DNA of 64,000 bases from Octopus vulgaris (lineage: Eukaryota). Under the pieces are notes generated by a model. The model was given only the letters and a program-made list of their open reading frames with translations. It did no database searches and had not been told where the DNA came from. This document shows, piece after piece, positions 27,549-41,459 of this stretch. The DNA is taken from positions 1,488,001-1,552,000 of the forward strand of contig OX597829.1 of the NCBI GenBank assembly GCA_951406725.2. Reading direction: 5' to 3'. The translations under genes and the position numbers were made by a program. How positions within the stretch are numbered: the first letter of the stretch is position 1; each line of letters starts with the position of its first letter.

Positions 27549-28506
27549 GAGGAGAAAGTTGCTTGGGAAGCATTCAAGTTAGTGGCGAAGGGATTTCTGG
27601 GAAACAGAAGGGAAGGAAACTATAAAGATTTGGTGGAAAACCTCATCAAAGTTTACAAGAACATGGATTGCAACATGTCACTTAAAATTCACTTTTGGAC
27701 TCTCATTTAGACTTTTTTCCAACGAACTGTGGGACGGTTAGTAACGAACATGATGAAAGGTTTCACCAAGATATTTCAACCATGGAAAAAGCAGTTCCAG
27801 GGTAAATGGAGCACAATAATGCTTTTAGACTATTGCTGGACTTTGGCAAGAGATGATTCTTCAGCCCACTATAAGCATCAAGCAAAAAAGAAGAGAGTAA
27901 ATACGGCCTAGAGTTTAAAACATGTAATGACACATACTGTACTTTCTAATAAAATAATCAAATATTACATGCTGCTTATCTTTTAATCTATAGACAATAA
28001 GCATTTTCCAAGCTGGCAGAACCGTTAGCACGCCGGGCGAAATGCGTAGCCGTATTTCGTCTGCCGTTACGTTCTGAGTTCAAATTCCGCCGAGGTCCAC
28101 TTTGCCTTTCATCCTTTCGGGGTCGATAAATTAAGTACCAGTTACGCACTGGGGTCGATGTAAGCGACTTAATCCGTTTGTTTGTCCTTGTTTGTCCCCT
28201 CTGTGTTTAGCTCCTTGTGGGTAGTAAAGAAATAGGTATTTCGTCTGCCGCTACGCTCTGAGTTCAAATTCCGCCGAGGTCGACTTTGCCTTTCATCCTT
28301 TCTGGGTCGATTAAATAAGTACCAGTTACGCACTGGATTCGATGTAATCGACTTAACCCGTTTGTCTGTCCTCGTTTGTCCGCTCTGTCTTTAGCCCCTT
28401 GTGGGTAGTAAAGAAATAGGTATTTAGATTCAATGCACAAAAATACATAGGTATAAACTAAACTCATTTAAGAAGCATACGACTTTTCAAAAATTGATGA
28501 CCAGTG
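27549..28506 (+). mobile_element. Chapaev3-like (CMC) DNA transposon, 3' fragment
   Basis: Frameshifted peptide CNMSLKIHF-LDSHLDFFPTNCGTVSNEHDERFHQDISTMEK-QFQGKW..LDYCW; end gaccagtg. Confidence 0.8.
28010..28418 (+). mobile_element. SINE family A head-to-tail dimer
   Basis: Tail aagaaata joined to internal ggtatttcgtctgccg at ~28234. Confidence 0.92.
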
Positions 28507-28689
28507 TTATCAAGCAGCAGAACAATTATAATCTCAATTTCTCATTTTCTACGTTGGTCGTAAATTTCACTCAGCAAAGCAACAAATATTACAGATTAGA
28601 CATCTTTTGTTTTATTATTTTCTGATTTTGCATAATTCTTTTCTTTTATATTTCCACTTTTTTTGTTTCTTTTTTCTCTAAAAGATTGC

Positions 28690-28838
28690 CACATGGCTGT
28701 TGTCGTTGTTGTTTTTGTTGTTGCTGTTGTTGTTGTTACCTAGAATGTTGCGCAAGAGGAGCCAAACGCATTCTCCACTTTCATGAGATAGTAGTAGTAG
28801 TAGTAGTAGTAGTAGTACTGGTGGTGGTGGTAGTAGTT

Positions 28839-28873
<35 letters not shown>

Positions 28874-28921
28874 GGTGGTGGTAGTAGTTGTAGTAGTACT
28901 AGTAGGACGAGGGGGAGTAGG

Positions 28922-28956
<35 letters not shown>

Positions 28957-28971
28957 CAGCAGTAGTGGTGA

Positions 28972-29040
<69 letters not shown>

Positions 29041-29075
29041 GACGAGGAGGAGTAGGAGTATAAGTAGTAGTAGTG

Positions 29076-29120
<45 letters not shown>

Positions 29121-29217
29121 ATGGTGGTAGTAGTAGTAGTAGTAGTAGGAGGAGGAGCAGTAGTAGTCTTAGTGGTGGTGGTGGGGGTAGTAGTAGTGGT
29201 GGTGGTGGTGGTGGTAC
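28690..29217. repeat. (GTT)n/(GTA)n/(GGT)n array
   Basis: Directly visible. Confidence 0.92.
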
Positions 29218-29506
29218 TAATTTCAAATCTTCGCTCAGAGAGAAAGTGTATAATCAATTACATCGACATTCCGGTACTTGACTGGTATTTTCTCAAAGAC
29301 CATAGATGGATGAAGAGGGAAGTGGAACTCAGTCGGATTTGAACTTAGATAAAATAAATTGCACCAGTGTCTATATATATTTGTGCGTGTGTGTGTGTGA
29401 GTGTACTGTCAATTGAGTCTGTATCCGTCTGTGTTTATATCAGCGTTTGTGTGTATGCATGTGCTTGAGTGTAACTGTGGATAGGTATCTTTTGAGCGTA
29501 TCTGTG

Positions 29507-30030
<524 letters not shown>

Positions 30031-30373
30031 GGGCGTCTGAGGATTGACAATGCAATGTCAAACGGCTTTTACGTTCAGGCATAACCGGGGATTATTTTGC
30101 TGTTTCAGGCTCTAAAAACACGACGCAAATCGTAATGGTTTTAACCGTGGTTCGGTCCAGACGAGATTAAGTAGCTTGTAATTGTATTATAAAATGTTGT
30201 GAAGTAATAATATCGACACAGTAGAAGTAAAATGGCGGACGAGATACCGCAGTGAGAGACAAACAGACAGACGTGTATGACGTTATTGTTGTTGCCTAAT
30301 ACCGCGTCAGTATACAGAGGCATAACCTATGTTCAAGTGAATTGCAGCATTGGCAATCCTATCGTATATTTAC

Positions 30374-30538
30374 GTCCTGAGTTCAAATTCCGCCGAGGTC
30401 GACTTTGCCTTTCATCCTTTCGGGGTCGATTAAATAAGTACCAGTTACGCACTGGGGTCGATGTAATCGACTTAATCCGTTTCTCTGTCCTTGTTCGTCC
30501 CCCTCTGTGTTTAGCCCCTTGTGGGTAGTAAAGAAATA
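30374..30538 (+). mobile_element. 5'-truncated SINE family A
   Basis: Core plus tail; TSD gtatatttac. Confidence 0.88.
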
Positions 30539-31319
30539 GTATATTTACACAGATAATGAATAGATTACATTATCCGACGCGTCTTTAAAAATGAGTGTAG
30601 AATATGACCTGAGGAAGATGTGGGTGCTATTTCTAGCAGGTCGAGATATCATGTAAAGGGTCTTCTCATATTTTGGTTGGTAAAATGTGAGAAGAATGCA
30701 AAATGAACGATAAGATATCATCGGTGAGAGATGAAATGGACGACGAAATTTTAAAATAATGAGTCACTTCGAACAAAAGGAGAGCAGAAAATTATAATAT
30801 TGGGGTTACAACTTTATATATTAATTCAAATGGAAATGAGATTCAGTGAGGCCATTGAGAAGATAATATTCTTCCGTTTTACACCCTAAATTCTTCTGTT
30901 CTGTTCTTTTTTGTTTTTTTTTTGGTTTTGTTTTCTTGTGATATTGTTTGACCCTGTATTGAACCTGATCCTGCAGATTTTCAACAATGGCACCCCAACC
31001 AAGTCCGCATCGTCTTTTTTTTTTTTCACCCTTACAAATATATACAAGGTGTCCCAAATCAAGGCAATCAACGTTTTTCAGTCTTTCCAAGGCAAAATAT
31101 TGTTATATTTCAGGTTCGAGCGCTGCAATGGTAAAGGAAGCACAACTATGACACTACCACATTTATTCTGTATGACCACTTCTGTTTCGAATCACAGCCT
31201 TAAATATAGGTGCGAATGCTTCACACGCCACACACACAACTGTTGTTGTGGAATCGAAGCCCGTTCCTGGCGCAGTTTTGCCCTCAGAACGTCGAGCGAA
31301 GCATGAGTAGTGTTCAAGA

Positions 31320-32230
31320 CCCTCAAAATGGATCAAACAGAAAAAAAACTTCAACGGTTTGAGATAGAAGCTTCTTGCCTATGAATGACATCATTGCCTA
31401 TGAATGAGGGATGTTTTTTCTGAATCCAGTGTTGTGTCTGTTTGGAGCTGTACCTGTTGGAGGCTCCGAGATGATCCTTGAAAGTGCGAATTCCCCCATG
31501 GAAGCAGTTCAGCTTCCAGAATGTCGCTAATGAATCGCTGGATGTTAATTTTAACAGCCGAGGTCACAAAAAAGAGAGGAGACCTTCCAGCGGTTGTCAC
31601 AGCCGCCCAAAACATAACTGACAGTGAATTCTGATGTCGATTTACGAGTTTGACCTCAACGGAGCCAGGTACACTCCAAAGTTTGTCATTTTGGTGGTTT
31701 ACTGTCTATTCAGTGTCAAATTTCTTTTCATCAGTGAACACCAAGTTGGGGAACGTGCCTTCAGTAATCTGATGCAGGATAAGACTACTTTTCTCCAGTC
31801 TCGTGGCCTTATAAACTTGGATCGTCGTGATGGGTTTGGTCCTGAAATTCTCCCCCCAGCACTCGATACATCGATGTTCAGCTTATTTTTGCTGTGGAAG
31901 CCAATTTTCTGACAGAAGGAGGAGGATTTCGCCGTATCTTTTCTCTGGTACTTTTGATAATCTGAAGAGTCCTCACACTTCTTTTTCAGTCACGTCCACG
32001 TCGACCAGCTGTGGAACCCCTCTCTTGAAATTTCTTGACAGTTGTCTAGATTGTTGTTTAGATAATTTTAATCATTTTTTTTTTTGCTATAGCTGTATTA
32101 TTTTCGCCTCGTTTGTGGATGATTATGATTGCATTTCGGTCTATAACCATTATCTAATTTATAAATTTATTTAGTCTGAAAATAAAAAATAAAAAGACAC
32201 ACTAAACTTTTATAATGATGTATAATTTTC
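31320..32230 (-). mobile_element. Tc1/mariner transposase pseudogene, maT (DD37D)-like
   Basis: FTDEKKFDTE*TVNHQND; VMFWAAVTTAGRSPLFFV..VKIN..IL..LLPW..HF..LQQ. Confidence 0.8.
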
Positions 32231-33159
32231 ATATCTTATCACATTTATTGATAGTTATTAAAGCCCGAATCTTCAGTTGCCTTAATTTCGGGATACTTTG
32301 TATACACTAAATTAATGCGTCCATCCAATTTATAAACAGTAAGAGTAGGTATGAGCGCGATATGGCTGTCATTTTTAGGAGTACGAGTGACTAGTAAACG
32401 GTTAATTCCTTGGCTAACATCAAAGCCAACCCTGACCATGCACACCTATGATCAAAGGCATTGCAGCCATGACCATCGCGTCTGATTTCTACATACATGT
32501 TGTTTAATACTGCATTTACAAATATATTCCTCAAGTTTTGGACAACTGAAAGTATTTTTCGCTTCTATTTCTAGCAGGTCCAGCAACCGCATAAAGGTCA
32601 ACTCGTTTGCTCGTTGTTGTCGAGTACAGAATCCCAAACTTCTGAGATGCCAAATTATTCGATAAACTGGTAATCTATACAGGATGAACCTTGTCTCTAG
32701 GTTTGCTTGATACAAGAGAAACCTCAGTTAAAGAAAGACTTGCCCACTCGACCTCTAACGTTTCTGAAAGGATTAACTTTAACATATCTTGGTAGATTTT
32801 CTCAGGGATAAGGCCTCGAAAACAATTTAACTTGCATGCGGAGAATGTTGCTAATGTGCCAACAACCTCTAATACAACTGGGACCTCCTGTGTGTATAAA
32901 ATGATTACATCGACAGTAAGAATGAATGTCATGTCTCGTCGGATATACACACACAACGACTCAGAGACACACTGACACACATTCTCAAACACAAGCATAC
33001 AGACACACATATACACACACATACGCATATATACGCGCATACACACAAACACATAAACAGAAGTATATGCATATGTTTTAGTGTATTTATTGACAAGATA
33101 ACCTCTATCTCTCTTTCTATGTGTGTGTATTTGTATGTATATATATATATGTATATATA

Positions 33160-33253
<94 letters not shown>

Positions 33254-33514
33254 ATGCACACAAACACACACACACACATATATATATATGTATATATATA
33301 GATATACACACACATGCACACACACACACACACACATACATATTTATAAATATACATGTGTGCGTGTATGTGGACGTGTGTGTGTGTGTACGCGCACACA
33401 CACACACACACACACACATATAAAGGGAAAAAGCAAAAAAATAAACGGGAGTTATATATGTGAACGACTCGCACACATCTGTTTGTTTGCTGAGACAAAC
33501 CCCAACACACACAT

Positions 33515-33554
<40 letters not shown>

Positions 33555-34128
33555 ACACGAACACACACACGCACACGCACGCACACACATATTTCACGCA
33601 CAAATTTTTACGTGGTATGTGTGTCTGTGCGTGGCCTCTCTCTCTCTCATACACTCTGTATGAGTGTATGTGTAATGTATGCGTACGTAAATGCGTACGT
33701 GTCAGCCCCCTGGATGTATGTACATGCATGAATGTTCGCGTGTATGGTTTCCAACGTACGCCGCCCTATTGTAAATTCCTCCGCGCTTTTGGCACGTGAT
33801 TAACCTAAACACAGCGGGACGGTGATCTAGACGGGCTATGAAACCTCCTACTAAACCTCTTCACGTGTTACCTCTTAAAATAGAACCACTCACTTACCAC
33901 CAATTTCCCATCGTATTCGCTTCCTAACTCTTCAACTGTAATTCTACAGGGGCCCAATTACATGGCAATTGACTATTCCAACTTAGTGCCATTCATATTC
34001 AGCTGCGTTCTTTATCTTTTGATTTAAGACGCGAAATCTTTAATCATCCTTTCTTTTCTGTTCGTCTCTACATACATACAAATATATATATATATATTAT
34101 ATATATATATAGATAATATATACATACG

Positions 34129-34202
<74 letters not shown>

Positions 34203-34216
34203 CATACATACATACA

Positions 34217-34252
<36 letters not shown>

Positions 34253-34396
34253 TATATTATATATATATATAGATAGATATATACATACATATATATATAT
34301 ATATATATTATATATAGATAGAAATATATATAGACATATATATATATATACATACATACATACACATGCTAGTGTATATATGTATGTGTAAGTGCA

Positions 34397-34427
<31 letters not shown>

Positions 34428-34717
34428 ATGTATATATACACACACATACATACATTATTACATACACAGATGTACATCTATCAGCTTGTCATACATTTAT
34501 ATACTTATATGAATACATATATAGACAGAAAAAGTAGGGGAAATTATGATAAACACAAATTTATATCATCTGTTCTCTACGTACGTTTCACCGTTGTGTT
34601 CATTTGCATCCTTTGCATTGAATGTTACAGGCACAACCGGATACCGATTCACGATACGTATATAAGGGAAGCACTCTATTGCAATATACTACACATAAAC
34701 TATCTATACCTAAGCAT

Positions 34718-34952
34718 AAAGGCGGCGAGATGGCAGAAACGTTAGTACGCTGGGCGAAATGCTTAGCAGTATTTCGTCTGCCGCTAGGTTCTGAGTTCAA
34801 ATTCCGCCGAGGTCGACTTTGCCTTTCATCCTTTCGGGATCGATAAAATAAGTACCAGTTACGCACTGGGGTCGATATAATCGACTTAATCCCTTTTTCT
34901 GTCCTTGTTTGTCCCCTCTGTGTTTAGCCCCCTTGTGGGTAGTAAAGAAATA
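34718..34952 (+). mobile_element. SINE family A
   Basis: Full-length match to the family A consensus. Confidence 0.92.
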
Positions 34953-35289
34953 GGTATATCATGCCAGAAATATCTCCCTTGGTGATGTGCAGTGTTTCTG
35001 CATCCGATTGTACTTGGAACAACCAATGTAGAAGATCAAAATAACTACAAAGGTGAAATGTAATTTGGGAAGAAATACTATAAACTTATGTTTATAAACT
35101 TATAAACTTATGTTTTTCCAGCATTTGCCCTGTATATCATAACCAGTAATAATACCGAATAGTTGCTTATGCACCATACAGTAAGTAGTCAGGACGATGG
35201 TAATCTATATTGAGTTCTAACGGTTGTGGTCGCACATCTAACTGTGCGCACAAGATATATCATATGTGCATGTGTGTATGTAAGCGTGC

Positions 35290-36397
35290 ATATATGTATG
35301 TATGTATGTATGTACGTATGTATGTATGTATGTATGTATGTATGTATGTATGTATGTATGTACGTACGTATGTATGTATGTATGTATGTATGTATGTATG
35401 TATGTACGTATGTATGTATGTATGTATGTACGTACGTATGTATGTATGTATGTATGTATGTATGTATGTATGTATGTATGTATGTATGTATGTATGTATG
35501 TGCGTATGTATGTATGTATGTATGTATGTATGTATGTATGTACGTATGTATGTATGTATGTATGTATGTATGTATGTATGTATGTATGTATGTATGTATG
35601 TATGTATGTATGTATGTATGTATGTATGTATGTATGTATGTATGTATGTATGAATGTATGTATGTATGAATGTATGTATGTACGTATGTATGTATGTATG
35701 TATGTGTGTATGTATGTGTGTATGAATGTATGTATGTATGAATGTATGTATGTATGAATGTATGTATGTATGTATGTATGTTTATTGGACACCCTGCGGG
35801 ACGAAAAACAAAACCCGTCAAAGGGCGAAGGAACTCTTGAGAGTCAACGGCCATCCAATAAATGCCTTAAGGCTGTATAATGCGCGGGGACATAGAAATA
35901 ATCGGACTGAATACCCGATCATGCGGTTAAACCATTGGGAGTGAAGGACTCCTAGCCTTTGTTAGGGCATCCTTCTACGAGAAGGTAACTCAGGTAACTG
36001 GGATAACTCCGACATAAAACCTGCGGCTCAGTGGTTACCGATGATGTTGACTTGTCCTTCTTTTCGGATTATGGCTGCTGTTGCTTAATGAGTGGGATTG
36101 ACTCAGTGCACAGCCTTTCCCCACTTAAAAAAAAATCTTCTTGCACAGGCATTGCACGATAACAACATTGATTAAGCTTCGTGTAATGGCCATACTCGAT
36201 AACGAGGGGGCAGCCACCATGTATGTATGTATGTATGTATGTATGTATGTATGTATGTATGTATGTATGTATGTATGTATGTATGTATGTATGTTCGTAT
36301 GTATGTATGTATGTATGTATGTATGTATGTATGTATGTATGTGCGTATGTATGTATGTATGTATGTATGTATGTATGTATGTATGTATGTATGTATG

Positions 36398-36438
<41 letters not shown>

Positions 36439-36585
36439 ATATGTATGTATGTATGTATAAATGTATGTATGTATGTATGTATGTATGTATAAATTTACTT
36501 ATGTATGTATGTATATATGTATGTATGTATAAATGTATGTATGTATGTATGTATAAATGTATGTATGTATGTATGTATGTATGTT
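35290..36585. repeat. (ATGT)n arrays flanking an inserted element
   Basis: Directly visible. Confidence 0.95.
35786..36218 (+). mobile_element. Short non-coding element, probably RTE-derived, inside an (ATGT)n array
   Basis: gggcatccttctacgagaaggtaactc..ataaaacct resembles RTE 5' UTR motifs; sharp boundaries with the array. Confidence 0.5.
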
Positions 36586-36970
36586 TAGACATTTAGATGT
36601 TTTGAATTTTGACAGAGGTGTGTGTAAGGAAAGAGAGGAGACTTGCTCTTTAATCGATATTATTATCAAGGAAAATAGCGATACAGAAATTTAATTAAAC
36701 GCTTCCCGTTTTTGCTTTCAAATCTCACTGGGGTTTCAGTTGCATTTTATTCCATTGGACTCGTTGTTATAATTACCAATACAGAATGCAGACGCCAGTT
36801 TAATTGGTTGTTGACTAACCTAGAAATGTTGGTGTAGTACCGGCGTCGGCAATAGACGGTACTCGGACCGCATGTGAGCTTTATTAAAAGTTTAATATTT
36901 TATAACAATTTTTAGATCTCTTTCTGTTGATTTAAAATATTCTGTTTCTTTCGTTTATGCTTTTCCTTCC

Positions 36971-37198
36971 TATTTCTTTACTACCCACAAGGGGCTAAAC
37001 ATTAGAGTGGACAAACAAGGACAGAAAAAAGGATTAAGTTGATTACATTGACCCCAGTGCGTAACTGGTACTTAATTTATCGACCCCGAAAGGATGAAAG
37101 GCAAAGTCGGCCACGGCGGAATTTGAACTCAGAACGTAAAGGCAGACGAAATACGGCTACGCATTTCGCCCGGCGACTAACGATTCTGCCAGGTCGCC
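36971..37198 (-). mobile_element. SINE family A
   Basis: TSD gcttttccttcc at 36959 and 37199. Confidence 0.92.
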
Positions 37199-37892
37199 GC
37201 TTTTCCTTCCAATCAACGACAAATCACTGAATAGGCTACATTCTTAAACATCACAATAATGTACCTTTTACTACATAAGAGGCAAATTAAATCTTTAAAC
37301 CTTTAGTTACTTTTGATTTTTTTTATTCAGTTACTTTGGTGTGGTCATTCTTTATGGTGAACAATACTTTTATAATAAAATGTCATGTCTCAGGCGAACA
37401 GCGAGAATCGAAACGACGACTTGTGTATTTGTTCTTAATAGGTTCACGGCAGATTTGAACTTGAATACACTAATCGCAGTTGTTTTCGGTCACTAGTGAA
37501 ACAATATCGCCTTTACGACTATGTGCTCATAAGACACTGGATTAGTTCAAGGGACTTTGGGACACCACTGTTTCGACACGTTTTGTCTCATCAGTTGAAA
37601 TACGCAGTCTAACGAATTTGAGAAGTACCGATGGCCTTACGTGTAAGGCATTTGTTATAAGGTCCACAGTTTGATAAATGCTGCTCATGTCTGAAATAAT
37701 GAAATTATATACGGTGTGTTATGTACTATAAAATTGCTAGTTCAATTATTTCAGTTTTGTACCTGTATTCATGAGCAGCATCTTTGTCATGCTCACTGGT
37801 AAATCAATGCAGTTTGTGATTGACTAACTATAATAAAGCACAGTATAACTTACCCTGTACATTTTACGGTGCTAGATAAGTTACTATTTTAT

Positions 37893-38095
37893 ATTTCTTT
37901 ACTACCCACAAGGGGCTAAACACAGAGGGGACAAACAAGGGCAGACAAACGGATTAAGTCGATTATATCGACCCCAGTGCGTAACTGGTACTTATTTAAT
38001 CGACCTCGGCGGAATTTGAACTCAGAACGTAGCGCAGACGATATATCGCAAAACATTTCGCCCGGCATCTAACGATTCTACCAGCTCGCCGCCAT
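37893..38095 (-). mobile_element. SINE family A with internal deletion
   Basis: TSD ataagttactatttta at 37877 and 38096. Confidence 0.92.
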
Positions 38096-38273
38096 ATAAG
38101 TTACTATTTTAGCAGTGTGGTCCCACGGTTGAGAAATATCCAGTAAAGACTTCAGTTAGTAAAAAATTTAACCCTCAGGCCAGGTTTCCTGTCTGATTAA
38201 TAAAAATTGACATTACCGAAGAGTATAAATGTTAATATTTTGTAGTTCTTTTAATCTTCAGAATCTAAAACAC

Positions 38274-38681
38274 TTACTTACTTACTTGTACATGTGGCGA
38301 CATTCACCCTGGGCGGGTTGAGTTGGCTTCTTCCACCACCCTCGAGGCATCTCGAACAATGGCAGTGGAAGAGGTTTCGTGGGAATATTAATTTCACAAG
38401 CGGTCCCCAACAATCCCGCATGTAGAGACATCCTATTTGCCGCAGATTGTCCGCAGACGCAGGGACAGAACAACCGAGGAGCTGCCAGTTGTTAAAGCAG
38501 ACACTCCGAGGATTTTCACCAGAGTCCCGTCTGCCGGGTTTTGGCCCTAATACCACTCAGTGTCAGACCAATCCGCCTTGGGTGGCCCTACCAGGAACCG
38601 AAGTTCCCGACGGCATAGCTCTGACACTACCCGTTACCAGCGTCCCCACCACGGTGAGGAGGGGATGGACTTTGGGGACGC
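38274..38681 (-). mobile_element. ~400-bp non-autonomous RTE-derived element with (AAGT)n tail, copy 1
   Basis: 5' motifs ctcaccgtggtggg..gagctatgccg..gggccacccaag; TSD aatctaaaacac; second copy at 55034-55433. Confidence 0.8.
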
Positions 38682-40629
38682 AATCTAAAACACGGACGAA
38701 AAGGATAGAGAAGAAAATGTCGGCAAAAATTTTCTTCAATGCATTTATCTCCGATACTTTCTTTTCTTTAACGCGTTCTAATTGCTATGGTTTCAAATTT
38801 AGTTTTAAAATACTTTTGAAATTTGAATTTACAATCAATATGATACTAAAATAATTTTAAATCAAAATCACAAATAAAATATTTTATAAAAATAAAAGAT
38901 GAGAAAACTAAAGTGAATTTCATATTATTTTGAACAAAGGGTTTTAATGAATTTTTAATAATTAACATAGAGGAAGTTTTTGAGGTAAACCAAATTCTTT
39001 CTTCTCAATAATTCAGTTTTTGCGTTATTTGAAGAACGATTTCTTACGTATTTCTTTTTTCTGCTTCACAATATTTAATAACTTTCATATTTAGTTCGAA
39101 ATGGGATACGCTATTTTTGAGAAATATTTTAAAAGGGGACTTTAATGAAATTTCCGCCCTACGGAAGTTGATTAAAATTTATTTGTAAAAAGAAAAAAGA
39201 TGTTGATTTTCTTTTCAAGTGCTTCTAAAAATTAGGAAGGGGGAAATTTTATTGAATAATTCTGAGTATTAAAAAATGCAAACAACGCAGAAGTGATTAT
39301 AATTAGAATTTTTTTTTTAAATACACAAAATAAGGGTAGTCATTTAACAACAATATAGTAACTAGTTCACAGTGATAAGCTAAATAATTTACAGCATATA
39401 TTTTCAATTCTTTTTCATTTGAAATACTCTGGGGGTCGATGAAATATTTACCAGTTATAAATTAAAGACTATCTTTCATTTAAAAACATGTTCAAAAGTA
39501 GAAGAAATGTAATCTTCTGTGAAACAAGTTAACTTAGGTTTCGAGTAGAAAGCTTCAAACAAAGAGGCGGGGACGACATGCTGATTGGTGTCGAAAGACA
39601 AATAAATTAGGTCTAATGAAAAAGCGGGATGGTAAATTTTATAACTGTGAAAAATTGGGGAAGAGAGAAATTTTGGTTTTGTAAGAAGCTCAAAGAAATT
39701 AATATGAAATGAGCTTGATGCAACAAATTTAACAGGAAATTGGTTCCGAGCCATGTCATTAAGTCGGTGTTCTGGGATTTTGAAAAAGAAAAGAAAATGG
39801 CGATCAAAAAATAACTTTATTCAACTCTAGACCGGATTTAATTTTTAGTTTCGTAAAGATTGGAAATAATAAGATTCTTCATATACAAGGTTTTAGATAG
39901 AAAAAAACAAACAATAATTACTTAAACTAAGCAGAAAAGTTTCTTTAATGTGTTACAAAACCCAAAATACGATGTTTAAATTCTCAAATAATTTCAAATA
40001 GTAGGAGAGCGTCGAATTATAACATTCTTCCGATAAAATGGAGAATTTACCGCATAGTATGGACACACATCCACATTCACCTGTTCATGCATACATACAT
40101 ACACACACACACACGCATACACACACACACACATATGATATGGAAATATAAATTATATATATATATAATATATATAAATTATATATATGTATATATAATT
40201 TATTCCTTTTGATTTTCGTCACTAGACTACAACTATGCTGAAGTGTTGCCTGCATAAATTCAATCAAACTACATTTTCAGTTTTAGTCTGGCAGTTATTT
40301 TTTATTGATCTTTGTTTATCGATCGGCTAAGTTACGCTCTCTGATACGTCTCTCGCTTTAAAATTAAACATAGACAAACGTACACACATGTACACACATC
40401 TTTACTATCCTTTCTCTCTCTTTATGTATGAGTGCATGTGTACGTGTGCGTATATATATATGTGTGCTTGTCTGTGTGTGAGTGCGTGTGTGTATGTGTG
40501 TGTGCATGTGTGTATTTTAAAATGTATAGAAGGAAAAGCAAGATATATAATAATGGGACTCACTACATGCAGAAGAGTAGGAAAAAGAATTGTTTTCAGA
40601 ATATCCCATATAGATACAAATTACTATTT

Positions 40630-41260
40630 AAGGTGGCGAGCTGGCAGAATCGTTAGCACGGCAGGCGAAATACTTAGCGGCATTTCGTCTGCTGCTACGT
40701 TTCTGAGTTCAAATTCCACCGAGGTCGACTTTGCCTTTCATCCTTTCGGGGTCGATAAATTAAGTACCTATTTCTTTATTACCCACAAGGGGCTAAACAT
40801 AGAGGGGACAAACATAGGTATTAAGTCGATCACATCGACGCCAGTGCGTAACTGGTGCTTAATTTATCGACCCCGAAAGGATGAAAGGCAAAGTCGACCT
40901 CGGCGGAATTTGAACTCGCAACGTTACGGCAGCCGAAATACCACTAAGCATTTCGCCCGACGTGCTAACGATTCTGCCAGCTCGCCTAGTTACACAGTGG
41001 GGTCGATATAATCGACTTAATCCGTTTGTCTGTCCTTGTTTGTCCCCTCTGTGTTTAGCCCCTTGTGGGTAGTAAAGAAATAGGTATTTCGTCTGTCATC
41101 ATGTTCTGAGTTCAAATGCCACCGGGGTCGACTTTGCCTTTCATCCTTTCGGGGTTGATAAATTAAGTACCAGTTACACACTGGAGTCAATTTAATCGAC
41201 TGGTCCCCTCCCCCAAAATGTCAGACCTTGTGCCTATAGTAGAAAGGATTATTATTATTA
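40630..41260. mobile_element. Nested SINE family A cluster: + copy split by a - copy, then a tandem unit with the alternative tail
   Basis: + 40630-40768; - 40769-40986; + resumes 40988-41082; tandem unit 41083-41260. Confidence 0.88.
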
Positions 41261-41459
41261 GACAAGACGAAGAGCGCAATGCGATTGCAATAGATATTTT
41301 ATTGGTTGAACGATGTTTTGACACTCCCAGTGTCTTTTACAAGTTCAAAATATAAAATGAAATTAAATTCAAAGACAGGAAATGCTGAAATGCTGAAACT
41401 CCCAAATAAAACGGCATCATCAGTCTTTGGTTTTTCACCAAAGATAGCAGAATGAAGGA

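Noticed and set aside
38700-40060. Long AT-rich unique stretch as a possible gene or element
   Set aside because: No recognisable coding motif, terminal repeats or RNA structure found
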